A stretch of 64,000 bases of DNA, taken from positions 160,001-224,000 of the forward strand of contig CAVRVY010000003.1 of NCBI GenBank assembly GCA_963724765.1. Direction: 5' to 3'. The notes beneath the pieces are model-generated. The model searched no databases. It worked only from the letters and a program-made list of their open reading frames with translations, and had not been told where the DNA came from. Made by a program: the position numbers and the translations under genes. Source of the stretch: an uncultured delta proteobacterium. Lineage in GTDB: Bacteria; Desulfobacterota; Binatia; Binatales; Binataceae. Position 1 is the stretch's first letter; every line of letters begins with the position of its first letter. This document shows, one piece after another, positions 52,837 through 62,730 of the stretch.

Positions 52837-53881
52837 ATGAAAGTTACAACGTTAGGAATTGATCTAGCAAAGAACGTGTTCCGGGTGCATGGCTGCGATG
52901 CGAGCGGCAAGGTGGTAGTGAGCAAATCGCTTACGCGGCGACAGCTTCAGGTATTGGTTGCCAACCTACCGCCCTGCTTGGTCGGGATGGAGGCGTGTGC
53001 TACGGCGCGCTACTGGGCGCGAGAAATTCAAAAGCACGGCCACGAGGTGCGGTTGATGGCGCCCCAGTTCGTGCGTCCCTATGTAAAGGCCAACAAGAAC
53101 GACACCCGCGATGCCGAGGCTATCTGCGAAGCGGTGCGGCGGCCGACCATGCGTTTCGTCGCGGTGAAAAGCCCGGCGCAGCAGGACGTGCAGGCGCTGC
53201 ATCGGGTTCGTCAACAGCTGGTCAAGGAGTTGACGGCACTGAGCAATCAAGTGCGCGGCCTGCTCGCCGAGTATGGGTTGGCAATTCCGTTGGGTTTCGC
53301 GGCGCTGCGGCGCGCGCTGCCTAGGATTGTCGCAGAGGACGACAACGGGCTCAGCGGTTTGATGCGCGAATTGGTACTCGACCTCAGAGAACGGTTCGAC
53401 CACACGGAGCAGCGGCTGCGCCGCTACAACCAGCAGATCATTCAACTGCTCCACCATGATGAGCGCTGCCAGCGCCTGGCTGAAGTGCCGGGGGTAGGTC
53501 CGCTGACCGCCACAGCAGTGGTCGCGGCCGTTGGTAATGCCCGGGACTTCAGAAGTGGGCGCGAGCTGGCTGCCTACCTTGGGTTGGTTCCACGCCACCG
53601 CGCCAGCGGTGGGCCGTACTGTTATGCTCGGCATCAGCAAGCGGGGTGATAGCTATCTGCGAACCCTTTTGGTCAATGGCGCACGTGCCGCAATGCGTAA
53701 CGTCGGGCGCCGCCGGGATCCGCGCAGCGTCTGGGCCAGTCGTCTCAAACTACGTCGGGGGGCCAATGTTGCAACGGTGGCGCTGGCCAACAAGAACGCT
53801 CGCGTGATGTGGGCATTATTGACTCGAGGTGAGAACTACCGCGCCGTACCCCACCCCGCGCGGATTCCGCAACGCGGCTGA
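52837..53881 (+). CDS. IS110 (DEDD) recombinase, frameshift near 53612
   Basis: GIDLAK, GMEAC, KNDTRDA, VPGVG, GLVP...SGG, GDSYLR.LLV.GA, ALANKNAR. Confidence 0.9.
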
Positions 53882-54154
53882 CGCGCGGAGAAAATCAGAA
53901 CCAGGAAGTTAACCTACCAAGAGTTGCGCAAGCTGTGAACGAAACGGTGATGGCGAACCGGTCGGACCGGCACTTTCTCAAACCTAGCCGTGACCAAGGC
54001 CTTCGAGGCCGCAAAATTGATAAGGCGAAAGTGCGCGGATTTCCATCAGGGCCCGGGGCAATAGCAACAAAGTGCAGCCCCACTCCAGAGAGGCCGAATA
54101 TATGGTTGCAACCGGATCATCGCTCAATCGAATCGCATCCACAGCTTCGCACCG
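53882..54154 (+). ncRNA. Putative bridge/seek RNA region of the IS1111-type element
   Basis: ~270-nt non-coding region containing segments matching the target (CCAAGAgTTG, CGTGACCAA) and the donor (CCATCA, ATATATG). Confidence 0.7.
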
Positions 54155-55270
54155 GGGGAGCGGTCCATATATGGTCACGATGAACCCCACGCGGGGGAAC
54201 AATTCCCCGCAATGGAATTCGACCTTCGCCACCACCCGCCGGGTCATCGTCCAACTCGCCGCCTGGTAAAGAAAACTCTTGTACCGCACCACCGGCTTGT
54301 AGCTTGGCCGTCCCGCTGGCCGGGTCAACAACTCCGTAATGTTCCGCTGCAGATGGTCGTTGGCAGGAATACGAATGGCATACTTCACCGTCCGTTCTTC
54401 CAGCGCCTCGTAGAGCTCCGGCTTGGCAAAGGCGGCGTCGCCACGGAAGGTCACCTCTTTGCCCTGCGCCTGCTGCCGATCGATCTCGGGTAGCAGCAGT
54501 TCCTCCCAACCCTCGGCGCTGTGGACGTTGCCGGGGCGCAGCTTCGCCGCTAGGCAGTCGCCTTCGCGATTGAACAGCAGCAAGGGATGATAACAGGTGG
54601 ACTCGAAGTGGCCGTTGTACGCACTGTGCTCCTGCCGACCATGGACCGGGATTTCCGTGCTGTCCATATCAAGCACTACCCGCCGCGGTGAAGCGATGGC
54701 CTCTGCCTTGGCGAGCAACTCCCGGTTGAGCGCGGCCAGCCCGGCAAGGTTTTCTCCTTGCGTCAGCACTTGGGTCTCGAATGATTGCAAGCGCGAGGTC
54801 AAGGCCGCGCCCCGCTCCCAGATCTTCCGCGAGCCGATGAGCCGGAAGGTCGGATCCTGGGACAGCCGCTCGGCGTCGTTGACATCCTCATACCCCGCCA
54901 AGCGGCTATAGATCGACTGCCGCAGCAGGTCCGCCAAAGGCAATTGGATATTCTTGCCGCGGCGGAAATCGCTCAAGTGCCGGTCCACGAGTGCGCTCAA
55001 GCCGAGATGTTCGTCCAGCTCGCGCACCAGAACTAATCCACCATCCGAGGTCACCCGTGAACCTTGGAAGTCCACCCTCAAGGAGCCGTTGAACGAGAGC
55101 TGAAAGGGCCGTCGTTGCGTCTCACCCACTGCCTCGCCACCTCCACACCACCCCGATCGCATCCAAACCCACGTCCATCAGCGCGTTTGTCGCATTTTAT
55201 CAAATTGCTAGCTCACTGAGAAAATGGGAATGTGGGTTAAAAAAAGAGGAACCCTCCTGGCCGCGTTCCT

Positions 55271-56146
55271 CTATTTGCATCCAATCGTACACGTAGACGG
55301 GGGAGGGTGAGACACCATAACGATTTCTGGCGCTAGTATAAAATTCAAAGTACCGTCCGCCCCTACGCTGATATCATACAGAATATACCAAGCTTTTTGG
55401 CTCGGTGGACAATCCGTGTAGTATCTCTGAATATCAAGTTGCTGAATGCCTGCGCTGATTCGAAGTCTCCCACCGCATCCTCCATAAGGGCCATTGTCCA
55501 CATCGAAGTAGACCGCGGCCGTACTGCCAGGCACCAGCTTGTAGGTTACATCGACCCATCCTGAATCCTCACCAAACTTTAAGGCGGGAAATAGAGCCAC
55601 GCCGTTTAATTTTACATTGGCATAGTCGTCGATATCGGACGCTCGCACCAGGAGTCTTACTCGTCTTCCTAGTAGACCTTTTGCAATTTCGGATTCCGGT
55701 AGCGCTTCGGAACTCGCGATTGCCTCTAGTTGAGGTCGCCCCGAAACTTTCATGCGCTCAAGAACACGGAGTGCTGATTGTCCTACGACGTTAGGACCGT
55801 AATTGTTAGGATAGGCAAAGCGGAGCGCAATTGGTACCGCATAACTAGGCTCCAGCGCAATATCCAGATCATCGATCAGGTTGGCTCGATCATGTTCAGT
55901 AGTTGTTGAAATGATTTTGTTGAGATACGCGGCACTCAGTTGACGTTCGGACACGCTAAGTTGCGCCTTAGCAACGCTGTCGGCGGCCGCCATCTGAGCT
56001 TTCGTTATTTTCCGCTGGGCGCGATTGATCAGCACAGTGACTAGAACTCCTAACGCCGCGATGAGCACGCCGGAGGTCAGTTGTCCGATAACACCGAGCT
56101 TATCCCAAGTATCCTTGGGCTCTCTATTCTTGGCGGAAATGTACAT
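55271..56146 (-). CDS. Hypothetical membrane-anchored protein
   Basis: KDTWDKL plus TM helix, helical middle, beta-rich Cys-containing C-terminal domain (DIDDYANVKLNG); lower GC. Confidence 0.7.
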   Translation of the reverse strand: MYISAKNREPKDTWDKLGVIGQLTSGVLIAALGVLVTVLINRAQRKITKAQMAAADSVAKAQLSVSERQLSAAYLNKIISTTTEHDRANLIDDLDIALEPSYAVPIALRFAYPNNYGPNVVGQSALRVLERMKVSGRPQLEAIASSEALPESEIAKGLLGRRVRLLVRASDIDDYANVKLNGVALFPALKFGEDSGWVDVTYKLVPGSTAAVYFDVDNGPYGGCGGRLRISAGIQQLDIQRYYTDCPPSQKAWYILYDISVGADGTLNFILAPEIVMVSHPPPSTCTIGCK

Positions 56147-56185
56147 TTCGAACGTTCGTTAGAATCTCACCAACAACAGTTCGTC

Positions 56186-56270
56186 TGCAAACGCAAAGAT
56201 CGAGCCCAGTTTTGATTCAAAGGCGTCTTCCAAGCAGCACGAATCGTTTCTTTCCCGCGTGGACCTCCAA
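56186..56270 (-). repeat. Diverged relic of the IS1380 3' non-coding region
   Basis: TGCAAACGCAAAGATC.AGCC..GTTTTGA shared with 52190-52220. Confidence 0.6.
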
Positions 56271-56713
56271 ACGGTTGAAAACAATATGGTTCCGTCAAAT
56301 GTTGCAAGCTGTCCTCCCCTGGAAAGTCCCGTTATGCAGCGGTGGGAAGGGAGGTGATGGTCTTACTTGTGGTTTCTCAAAAACCTAATCCGCGATGGTT
56401 TCGATGATAGCCTACCGTGCGTTGGCGATGCCGACAAGCGAATCATTCCTGGTGACCCGAAGCGGCGGGACCCCAACTCGCACCACGCTCCTGTTGGACG
56501 ATCGCGTGGCTTCTCAAAACCCGGTCCACGCAAAAAGCGACATCCTGATTCGCGCATGAGCGGGGTCTTGGTGAGGCCCGAGACTCCAGACGGCGGACTT
56601 CGCACCGCAACGGCGATCGGCAGACGATTGTTACGCGCTTGCTGGAGACCTGTCGCTACCGAAAACCTCGTCCGGGGTGACGGAGTGCAACAGCTGTTGT
56701 GCTTAGTCAAAAC

Positions 56714-57620
56714 CTTGTATCTGCAAATCGGCGTATGAAGGTAGTAGCGGGCGCGGCAGACCGTTAAAACCTGGGTCGGCAGAGACCGTGGTTTAGCCAG
56801 GATCGTCGCGTCCGCTAAATCAAGCGTCCACAGCTCGAACAGTTGACGGGGCCGCGCGCAAGGCACGAGCCCGCATGTACAAGGACGGGTTAGGACGCGG
56901 AGTGAGGAGCAGCGGGGTGATGGGCGAAGAGGTGTATGTTGGGATCGATGTAAGCAAGACCGAGCTAGTGGTGGCGGTGCGCCCCAGCGGACAGAGCTTC
57001 ACGCTGGCCTACGATCGGGTGGGGCTGAAGCACTTGGTGGGTCGTTTGGGCAAACTGCAGCCCAAGCTGGTGGTGGTGGAAGCGACTGGCGGATTGCAAC
57101 GGCAGGTGGCGGCGGCGCTGTGGACCGCGGGGGTCGCGGTGGCAGCCGTCAATCCGAGCTGGGTACGGAGCTACGCGCGGGGTAGCGGACTATTGGCGAA
57201 GACCGACCGCATCGATGCCAAGCTACTCGCACTGTTTGCGCAACGCGAGCAACCCGCGCCGCGGCCGCCGCTGGATGCGGAGACCCAGGCGCTGCAGGAA
57301 TTGGCCACCCGGCGCGACCAATTGCTCGAGATGCGCGTGGCGGAGCAACAGCGGCTGCAGCGCGCAGGTCCGTAAAGAGTTGCGCCACCATATCGCTTAC
57401 CTAGAGGGCCGGATCACAGAGATCGACGATGACATCGATAAGTCCGTGCGGCGCTCCGCGGCCTGGCGGCGCAAGAGCGAGGTGCTCCGCAGCTTTCCGG
57501 GCGTGGGCAAGGTGTTCTGCGCCACGGTGCTGTCCAAGTTGCCGGAACTGGGCACGCTCAGCGGTAAAGCCGCCGCAGCCCTGGTCGGAATCGCTCCGTT
57601 CCCCGATGATAGCGGCGGCC
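56714..57620 (+). mobile_element. IS110-family element (IS621-like left end), 3'-truncated; transposase from 56920, frameshift ~57365
   Basis: CT-TGTAT left end; GIDVSK, VEATGG, AKTDRIDA, PGVG, GIAP...DSG. Confidence 0.88.
56735..56900 (+). ncRNA. Putative bridge RNA in the IS110 left non-coding end
   Basis: Ordered guide-like segments GTTAAAACCT, GGTTTAG, ACAGTTGAC, TACAAGG upstream of the recombinase gene. Confidence 0.72.
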
Positions 57621-58169
57621 GCGGCGCGGGTTGCTCGCGTTGCGCAAACAGTGCGAGTAGCTTGGCATCGATGCGGTCGGTCTTCGCCAATAGTCCGCTA
57701 CCCCGCGCGTAGCTCCGTACCCAGCTCGGATTGACGGCTGCCACCGCGACCCCCGCGGTCCACAGCGCCGCCGCCACCTGCCGTTGCAATCCGCCAGTCG
57801 CTTCCACCACCACCAGCTTGGGCTGCAGTTTGCCCAAACGACCCACCAAGTGCTTCAGCCCCACCCGATCGTAGGCCAGCGTGAAGCTCTGTCCGCTGGG
57901 GCGCACCGCCACCACTAGCTCGGTCTTGCTTACATCGATCCCAACATACACCTCTTCGCCCATCACCCCGCTGCTCCTCACTCCGCGTCCTAACCCGTCC
58001 TTGTACATGCGGGCTCGTGCCTTGCGCGCGGCCCCGTCAACTGTTCGAGCTGTGGACGCTTGATTTAGCGGACGCGACGATCCTGGCTAAACCACGGTCT
58101 CTGCCGACCCAGGTTTTAACGGTCTGCCGCGCCCGCTACTACCTTCATACGCCGATTTGCAGATACAAG
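57611..58169 (-). mobile_element. Second, inverted partial copy of the same IS110 (left end plus ~117 N-terminal codons)
   Basis: Reverse complement of 56714-57272. Confidence 0.85.
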
Positions 58170-58241
58170 GTTTTGACTAAGCACAGGGTATTTGACGTTG
58201 TGCTGATCCGCGATGTACATGTGAACAAAAGGAGACCATCG

Positions 58242-58811
58242 ATGGATCGCATTAGCAAAGTTCCGTTGGAGCTTCTTGATCCGGAAATGAAGGCAATAAT
58301 GCGCGCGAGCGACGAAGCGCTCGGCGGTTCGGAGTGGATTCAATACTACGCGCACACGCCTGATCTGTTTAAGCAATTCGTGAAATTCTACTACGCTCAC
58401 ATCATGAACGATGACGCGGGGATCAGCGTCAAGCTCACCGAACTGATTCGGCATAAAGTAAATCAATACAATCAGTGCCAGCTTTGAATGCGGGCGGTTT
58501 ATGCCTCGGCGAGGCAGCAGGGACTTACGGACGAGATGCTCGCGGCACTTCCATCGTTCGAGCAGAGCGCACTGTTCAGCCCACGGGAGAAGGCGGCGCT
58601 CAAGTTCGCTGAAGTGCTGACGAGCGAGCATCGGAAGACTTCCGACGAATTGTTTATCCGCCTGCGGGAGCATTTTTCAGAAAGTGAAATTCTTCAACTC
58701 GGTTGGAGAATAGCAATGTTTATCGGATATGGACGGCTGTCCTTTGCCTTAGGCCTGCAAGATGTAGGCAAGCTATGCTTCGTACCCGAAAAACACTCTG
58801 AGTTAAGGTGA
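58242..58811 (+). CDS. AhpD/carboxymuconolactone decarboxylase family protein, probable selenoprotein (CxxU)
   Basis: GGAG RBS; ELIRHKVNQYNQCQL-TGA(58485)-MRAV continues in frame to FSPREKAAL.FAE, LREHFSESEILQL; hairpin TGCCTC-GGC-GAGGCA at 58502-58516. Confidence 0.8.
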
Positions 58812-58823
58812 TCAAGGAGCGTT

Positions 58824-60220
58824 ATGAGCGAGCTAGCAATTGCCACCATGTCCGGGTCTTTCGCTGCCGTTCCAGAGTCGGCTGTCAGCGAGTACCGGGC
58901 GGCTCTGCGTGGAGCTGTTCTGTCGGCTGCGGACCCTGGCTATGACGATGCCCGCAAAATCTGGAACGGAATGACAAAAAAGCGGCCGGCGCTCATAGCT
59001 CAATGCCGGGGCACCGCCGACGTCATGACATCGATCAAGTTTGCAAAGGCCCACGGCCTTCTCGTGGCAGTCAAAGGCGGCGGCCATAGCATCGCAGGTC
59101 ATTCGTGTGCGAAGGCGGGCTCATGATCGACCTCTCACGTATGAATAGCGTGCTCGTAGATCGAGGCCGTCGCGTCGCACGCGCAGCCGGTGGAGCCAAA
59201 TGGCTCGACTTTGACCACGAGACTCAGGCGTTCGGACTGGCAACCACCGGAGGGACGAACTCAGACACGGGCATCGGAGGCCTGACACTTGGCGGCGGAA
59301 TCGGTTGGCTCGCGGGTAAATACGGCCTCACCTGCGACAATCTGCTTTCTGCTGACGTTGTAACGGCAGACGGGATGTTGGTTACGGCCAGCGCAACGGA
59401 GAATTCAGACCTCTTCTGGGGCCTCCGCGGCGGCAGCGGCAACTTCGGCTTAGTGACTTCATTCGAATACCAGCTGCACGAAGTGACTATGGTGCTCGCC
59501 GGACTGGTGATCCACCCATTCGAACGCGCCAGGGAGATGCTCAAGTTCTACAGCGAGTTCTCCAGGGCGATACCGGACGAACTCAACACCGTTGCCGTCC
59601 TCTTGACTCTGCCCGACGGGATGAAAGCAGCGGCGATTGCCGTTTGCTACAACGGTGATCTCGGTGAAGGCGAAAAAGTCCTGCAGCCGTTGCGTGACTT
59701 CGGTCCACCGGCAATGGCTCAACTCGGCCCCATGCCTTACACGGCAGTCCAGACCATGCTCGATCCGTCCTTCCCGGTCGGGCGGCAATACTACTGGAAG
59801 GCCCACCTGATGGGTGAGATATCAGAGCAGGCCATAGACGTCATGGTCCAGTTCTACGCCAAGGTCCCTTCACCCTTCAGTGCTCTGGGGTTTCAGCAAC
59901 TCGGCAACGCTGCCAACCGCGTCTCTCCCGACGCGACAGCGTTCAGCCATCGCGACGCCTTGTACGATTTCCTGATGCTCTCGGGATGGGAAGACCCAGC
60001 AAGCGCGGAAGATAACATTGCCTGGACGAGAACGCTGTACGACACGATGCTGCCGCACCTGCACCGCGGCATCTACGTTAACGGCCTAACCGAAGACACG
60101 GCGCAGCCGACAACGGCAGCCTTCCGGCCCGAGACCTATCAGCGTCTGGCCGCACTGAAGGAACGCTACGACCCCACGAACTTCTTCCGGCTCAACCCGA
60201 ACGTCAAGCCGATGGCCTGA
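58824..60220 (+). CDS. FAD-linked oxidoreductase (BBE-like), one frameshift near 59106
   Basis: YDDARKIWN, KGGGHS, GGLTLGGG.GWL..KYGLTCDNL, LFWGLRGG.GNFG, YDPTNFFRLNPN. Confidence 0.9.
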
Positions 60221-60796
60221 GGATGTTCAGAACTGGGCTGAAAGCAGCGGTATGAACGGCTGGGAAACCGTGAGTGCGCTGTTCTTTCGTTATCAGTTTT
60301 CTGGCGTTCTCTCGCGGAAAGGTCATATGAGATGCGTGAGACGACAAAGTGAAATAGTTCGTAAACCGGTATCATCTGAGCCGCAAAGGCTTCGACGAAC
60401 AACGCCATCCCTCGTCGATGTCTGAATACCCGGCCGAGGCTTCAACTCGCAGGTGCGCCACCCGCGAATATGAAGTTCGTGGGATTCGTTAGAGCAGATA
60501 AGTTGGACGGTCCGGACGGATCGGACGGTAGTTTTATACTTGTTGTTCGCTACATCTTGCCTGACTCTCCAAAATGATCTTCGGCTGGTCCAAACACCAA
60601 GAAATAACCATCCAAAGCATCTGTCGTCGGGCAAGGGTCATCCCGTGAGATGTGTTTGGTTGCGCAGCAGGAAACCGGAAAGCTCAGGAAAGCCTGCGGC
60701 TGGTTTTCTCGAATGCTTCGGGCTGCTGGCGATTGCTATTACACAACTTGATTACGACGCGGCAAGCTCAACGGCTCGCTCTCTTCAGACCCATCA

Positions 60797-61216
60797 TCAT
60801 CTGTTTCCTTCTAGGTTCAAGTTTGAAACTTGCGAGAAGTGTTCACGGTGGTAATCAAGATGGGCCGCGCTAACCTTATGATCTGGGTGCATTCGCAGAC
60901 TTCCGGAAAGTCCGCGTAGAGAGAACTCGGGATCAATCGTAAAGGCTCCGCAATCAAAAAGTACATGATGGTTGGGACAAAGACACAATACGTTATCCGG
61001 CGCATCCGGTCCTTGGTGAGGAGTGCCGAGAGGCCTTATGTGCGCTGCTTCTGCATACGGTCCGACCGGGGTACTAAGAATTACGCCGCATACCTGACAG
61101 GTGTGCCCATATAGTTCCTTCACTGATCGGCCCACTTCTGTAGAACGGATGACTCTAACTATCGTACTGGCTCGCCGCCCGGGTCTCTGCGTACCGCTCG
61201 GTAGGCCCCAATACAC
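60797..61216 (-). pseudogene. HNH endonuclease domain, probably 5'-truncated
   Basis: CQVCG, AEAAHIRPLG.PH.GPD...N.LCLCPNHH.LFD. Confidence 0.8.
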
Positions 61217-61589
61217 GCATCAAAGTATCGACGGGTTCAGCTCAACTGCCAGCTGCGGAGCGCTTTCAACTAAGGAACTACCGGTGAGCATCGGGCCTGT
61301 CGCAGATCGCGATCGAGTTGTGTCTGAATGGGGCGTAGATCCTCTCAAGATTCATAACGATTCTTCGTGTGGCCTTTTGCTGTGGCCTTTTGCTGTACGC
61401 ATGTGATTGCCACTACATGTATCAACACCCTATAGTGGCATGAAACTTACCAGAACAGAAGAGAACGAAGACGGCTCGCGAGTCTACCCGAAGCGGATAG
61501 GGCCGTGCCCGTCCCACGGCTCCGCGAGCTGGAAGCTACTACCGCTTCGCGGTTCAACAGACTGGTGACCGCTCGAGCGTTCTTGAAGC

Positions 61590-62730
61590 GCGGCCGCGGC
61601 TTATGAAGCCCACCGGAATACGATTGCCACGCTTGACAAGGCTCTGCAGGACGCGAACGAGGCGATCCGCGTCGTTAAGGAGCAGGCGGCAGCCGGGAAT
61701 CCGTCAGCAATCGCCGCCGATCTCGCGCGGCTCAGGGCTGTAAAGGCGCGGCACACACCCGACATTGCGGCGCGTTGCTGTGACTATCTGACCGAGAAGG
61801 CCGCCAAGTCTCAAACCGAGCAGCAACGGGAGCAGGCGCAAACTACGCTGAACCAGTACCGGACGAACGTGTTCCCCGGCTACCAGACCGATGTCAACCT
61901 CTACCTTCAGCGATTTAATGCCGGCTTCCGGCTGGACAACGTGATTTCCGCGAACACACGGGGCGGCCCGGCTTGCAACTACAATGTGATCATTAACAAC
62001 ACGCCAGTGGCTGTCGCGGGAGGAGGACCATCGCCGGGCGCGCCATCGTTTCGTAATACACTCAGCGCGGGCGATCGCGACACGCTCGCCCTTGCCTTCT
62101 TCTTCGCGTACCTTGGATCAAGATCCCGAACTGGCCAACAAGGTGGTCGTAATCGACGACCCTGTCTCAAGCCTGGATGACCACCGCTCGCTGACGACGG
62201 TACGGGAAATACGGCGCCTCGTCGGCCGGACACGGCGGGTCATCCTGCCTTCTCACAGCAAACCGTTTCTATGTCGCATTTGGGAAAACGCAAACCCCGT
62301 CTCGCGTGTCGCGCTGGAGGTGGCGCGCGATGGTACGGGATCAACCTTGCGCGCCTGGGACGTAAACCGTGACTGTGTCACGGAATACGACCGGCAGCAT
62401 GAAATGCTGCGCGAGTATCTTCGTTCCAATTCCTCGAACCTCCGCGAAGTGGCGCGCGCCATCCGGCCGCTGCTCGAGGCTTTCACGCGCGTGGCGTACC
62501 CGGAGCATTTCCCGCCGGGATCGCTGCTCGGCACTTTCCGGTATTTGTGCGAACAAAGGACAGGCACACCGCAGGAAATACTGAACAGGCGCGACACGGA
62601 GGAACCGCGGGACCTGGTGGAATACGCAAACGAATTTCATCACGAAACCCTGCGTGCGATACAGAGGTCATCAACAACGCGCAGCTCAGGGGCTTCGTGG
62701 AGCGTGCGCTCGCGTTTACGGCCGTGAGAG
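61590..62730 (+). pseudogene. C-terminal part of an ABC/SMC-like ATPase (AAA_13/RloC-like), frameshifted
   Basis: Coiled-coil, signature TLSAGDR..LALAFF, Walker B VVVIDDPVSSLD, SH switch; no Walker A/N-terminus seen. Confidence 0.75.

Larger units (their letters stand above)
52747..54173 (+). mobile_element. IS110-family element, IS1111 type
   Basis: Subterminal IRs ATGGACTGCTCCCC (52752-52765) / GGGGAGCGGTCCAT (54155-54168); TG core at both junctions; removal restores the IS1380 codons VT-NLG. Confidence 0.92.
52137..55236 (-). mobile_element. IS1380-family element interrupted by IS110
   Basis: Ends CCGGAATTTCCTTTTT / rc CCCACATTCCCATTTT; TTAA duplication at 52133-52136 and 55237-55240; transposase 55129->54172 plus 52746->52371 (TSDGGL, LDMDST, RGDAAF, YNKRG.AEQWIKEGK). 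Confidence 0.93.
56698..58185. repeat. 575-bp inverted repeat (56698-57272 / 57611-58185) with a 338-bp spacer
   Basis: Arms are reverse complements at both boundaries; the ORF track gives identical peptides on opposite strands. Confidence 0.92.

Noticed and set aside
56367-56715. CRISPR array or integron attC array
   Set aside because: Motifs are degenerate and irregularly spaced, match transposon termini, and no cas or intI gene is present
37603-58192. One 20.6-kb composite transposon with a GTATT target duplication splitting the CMD gene
   Set aside because: GTATT is not equidistant from the two terminal motifs, and rejoining does not restore a CMD reading frame
60323-60634. Possible SRA/YDG domain partner for the HNH fragment
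   Set aside because: No convincing motif, and it lies downstream rather than upstream of the HNH region
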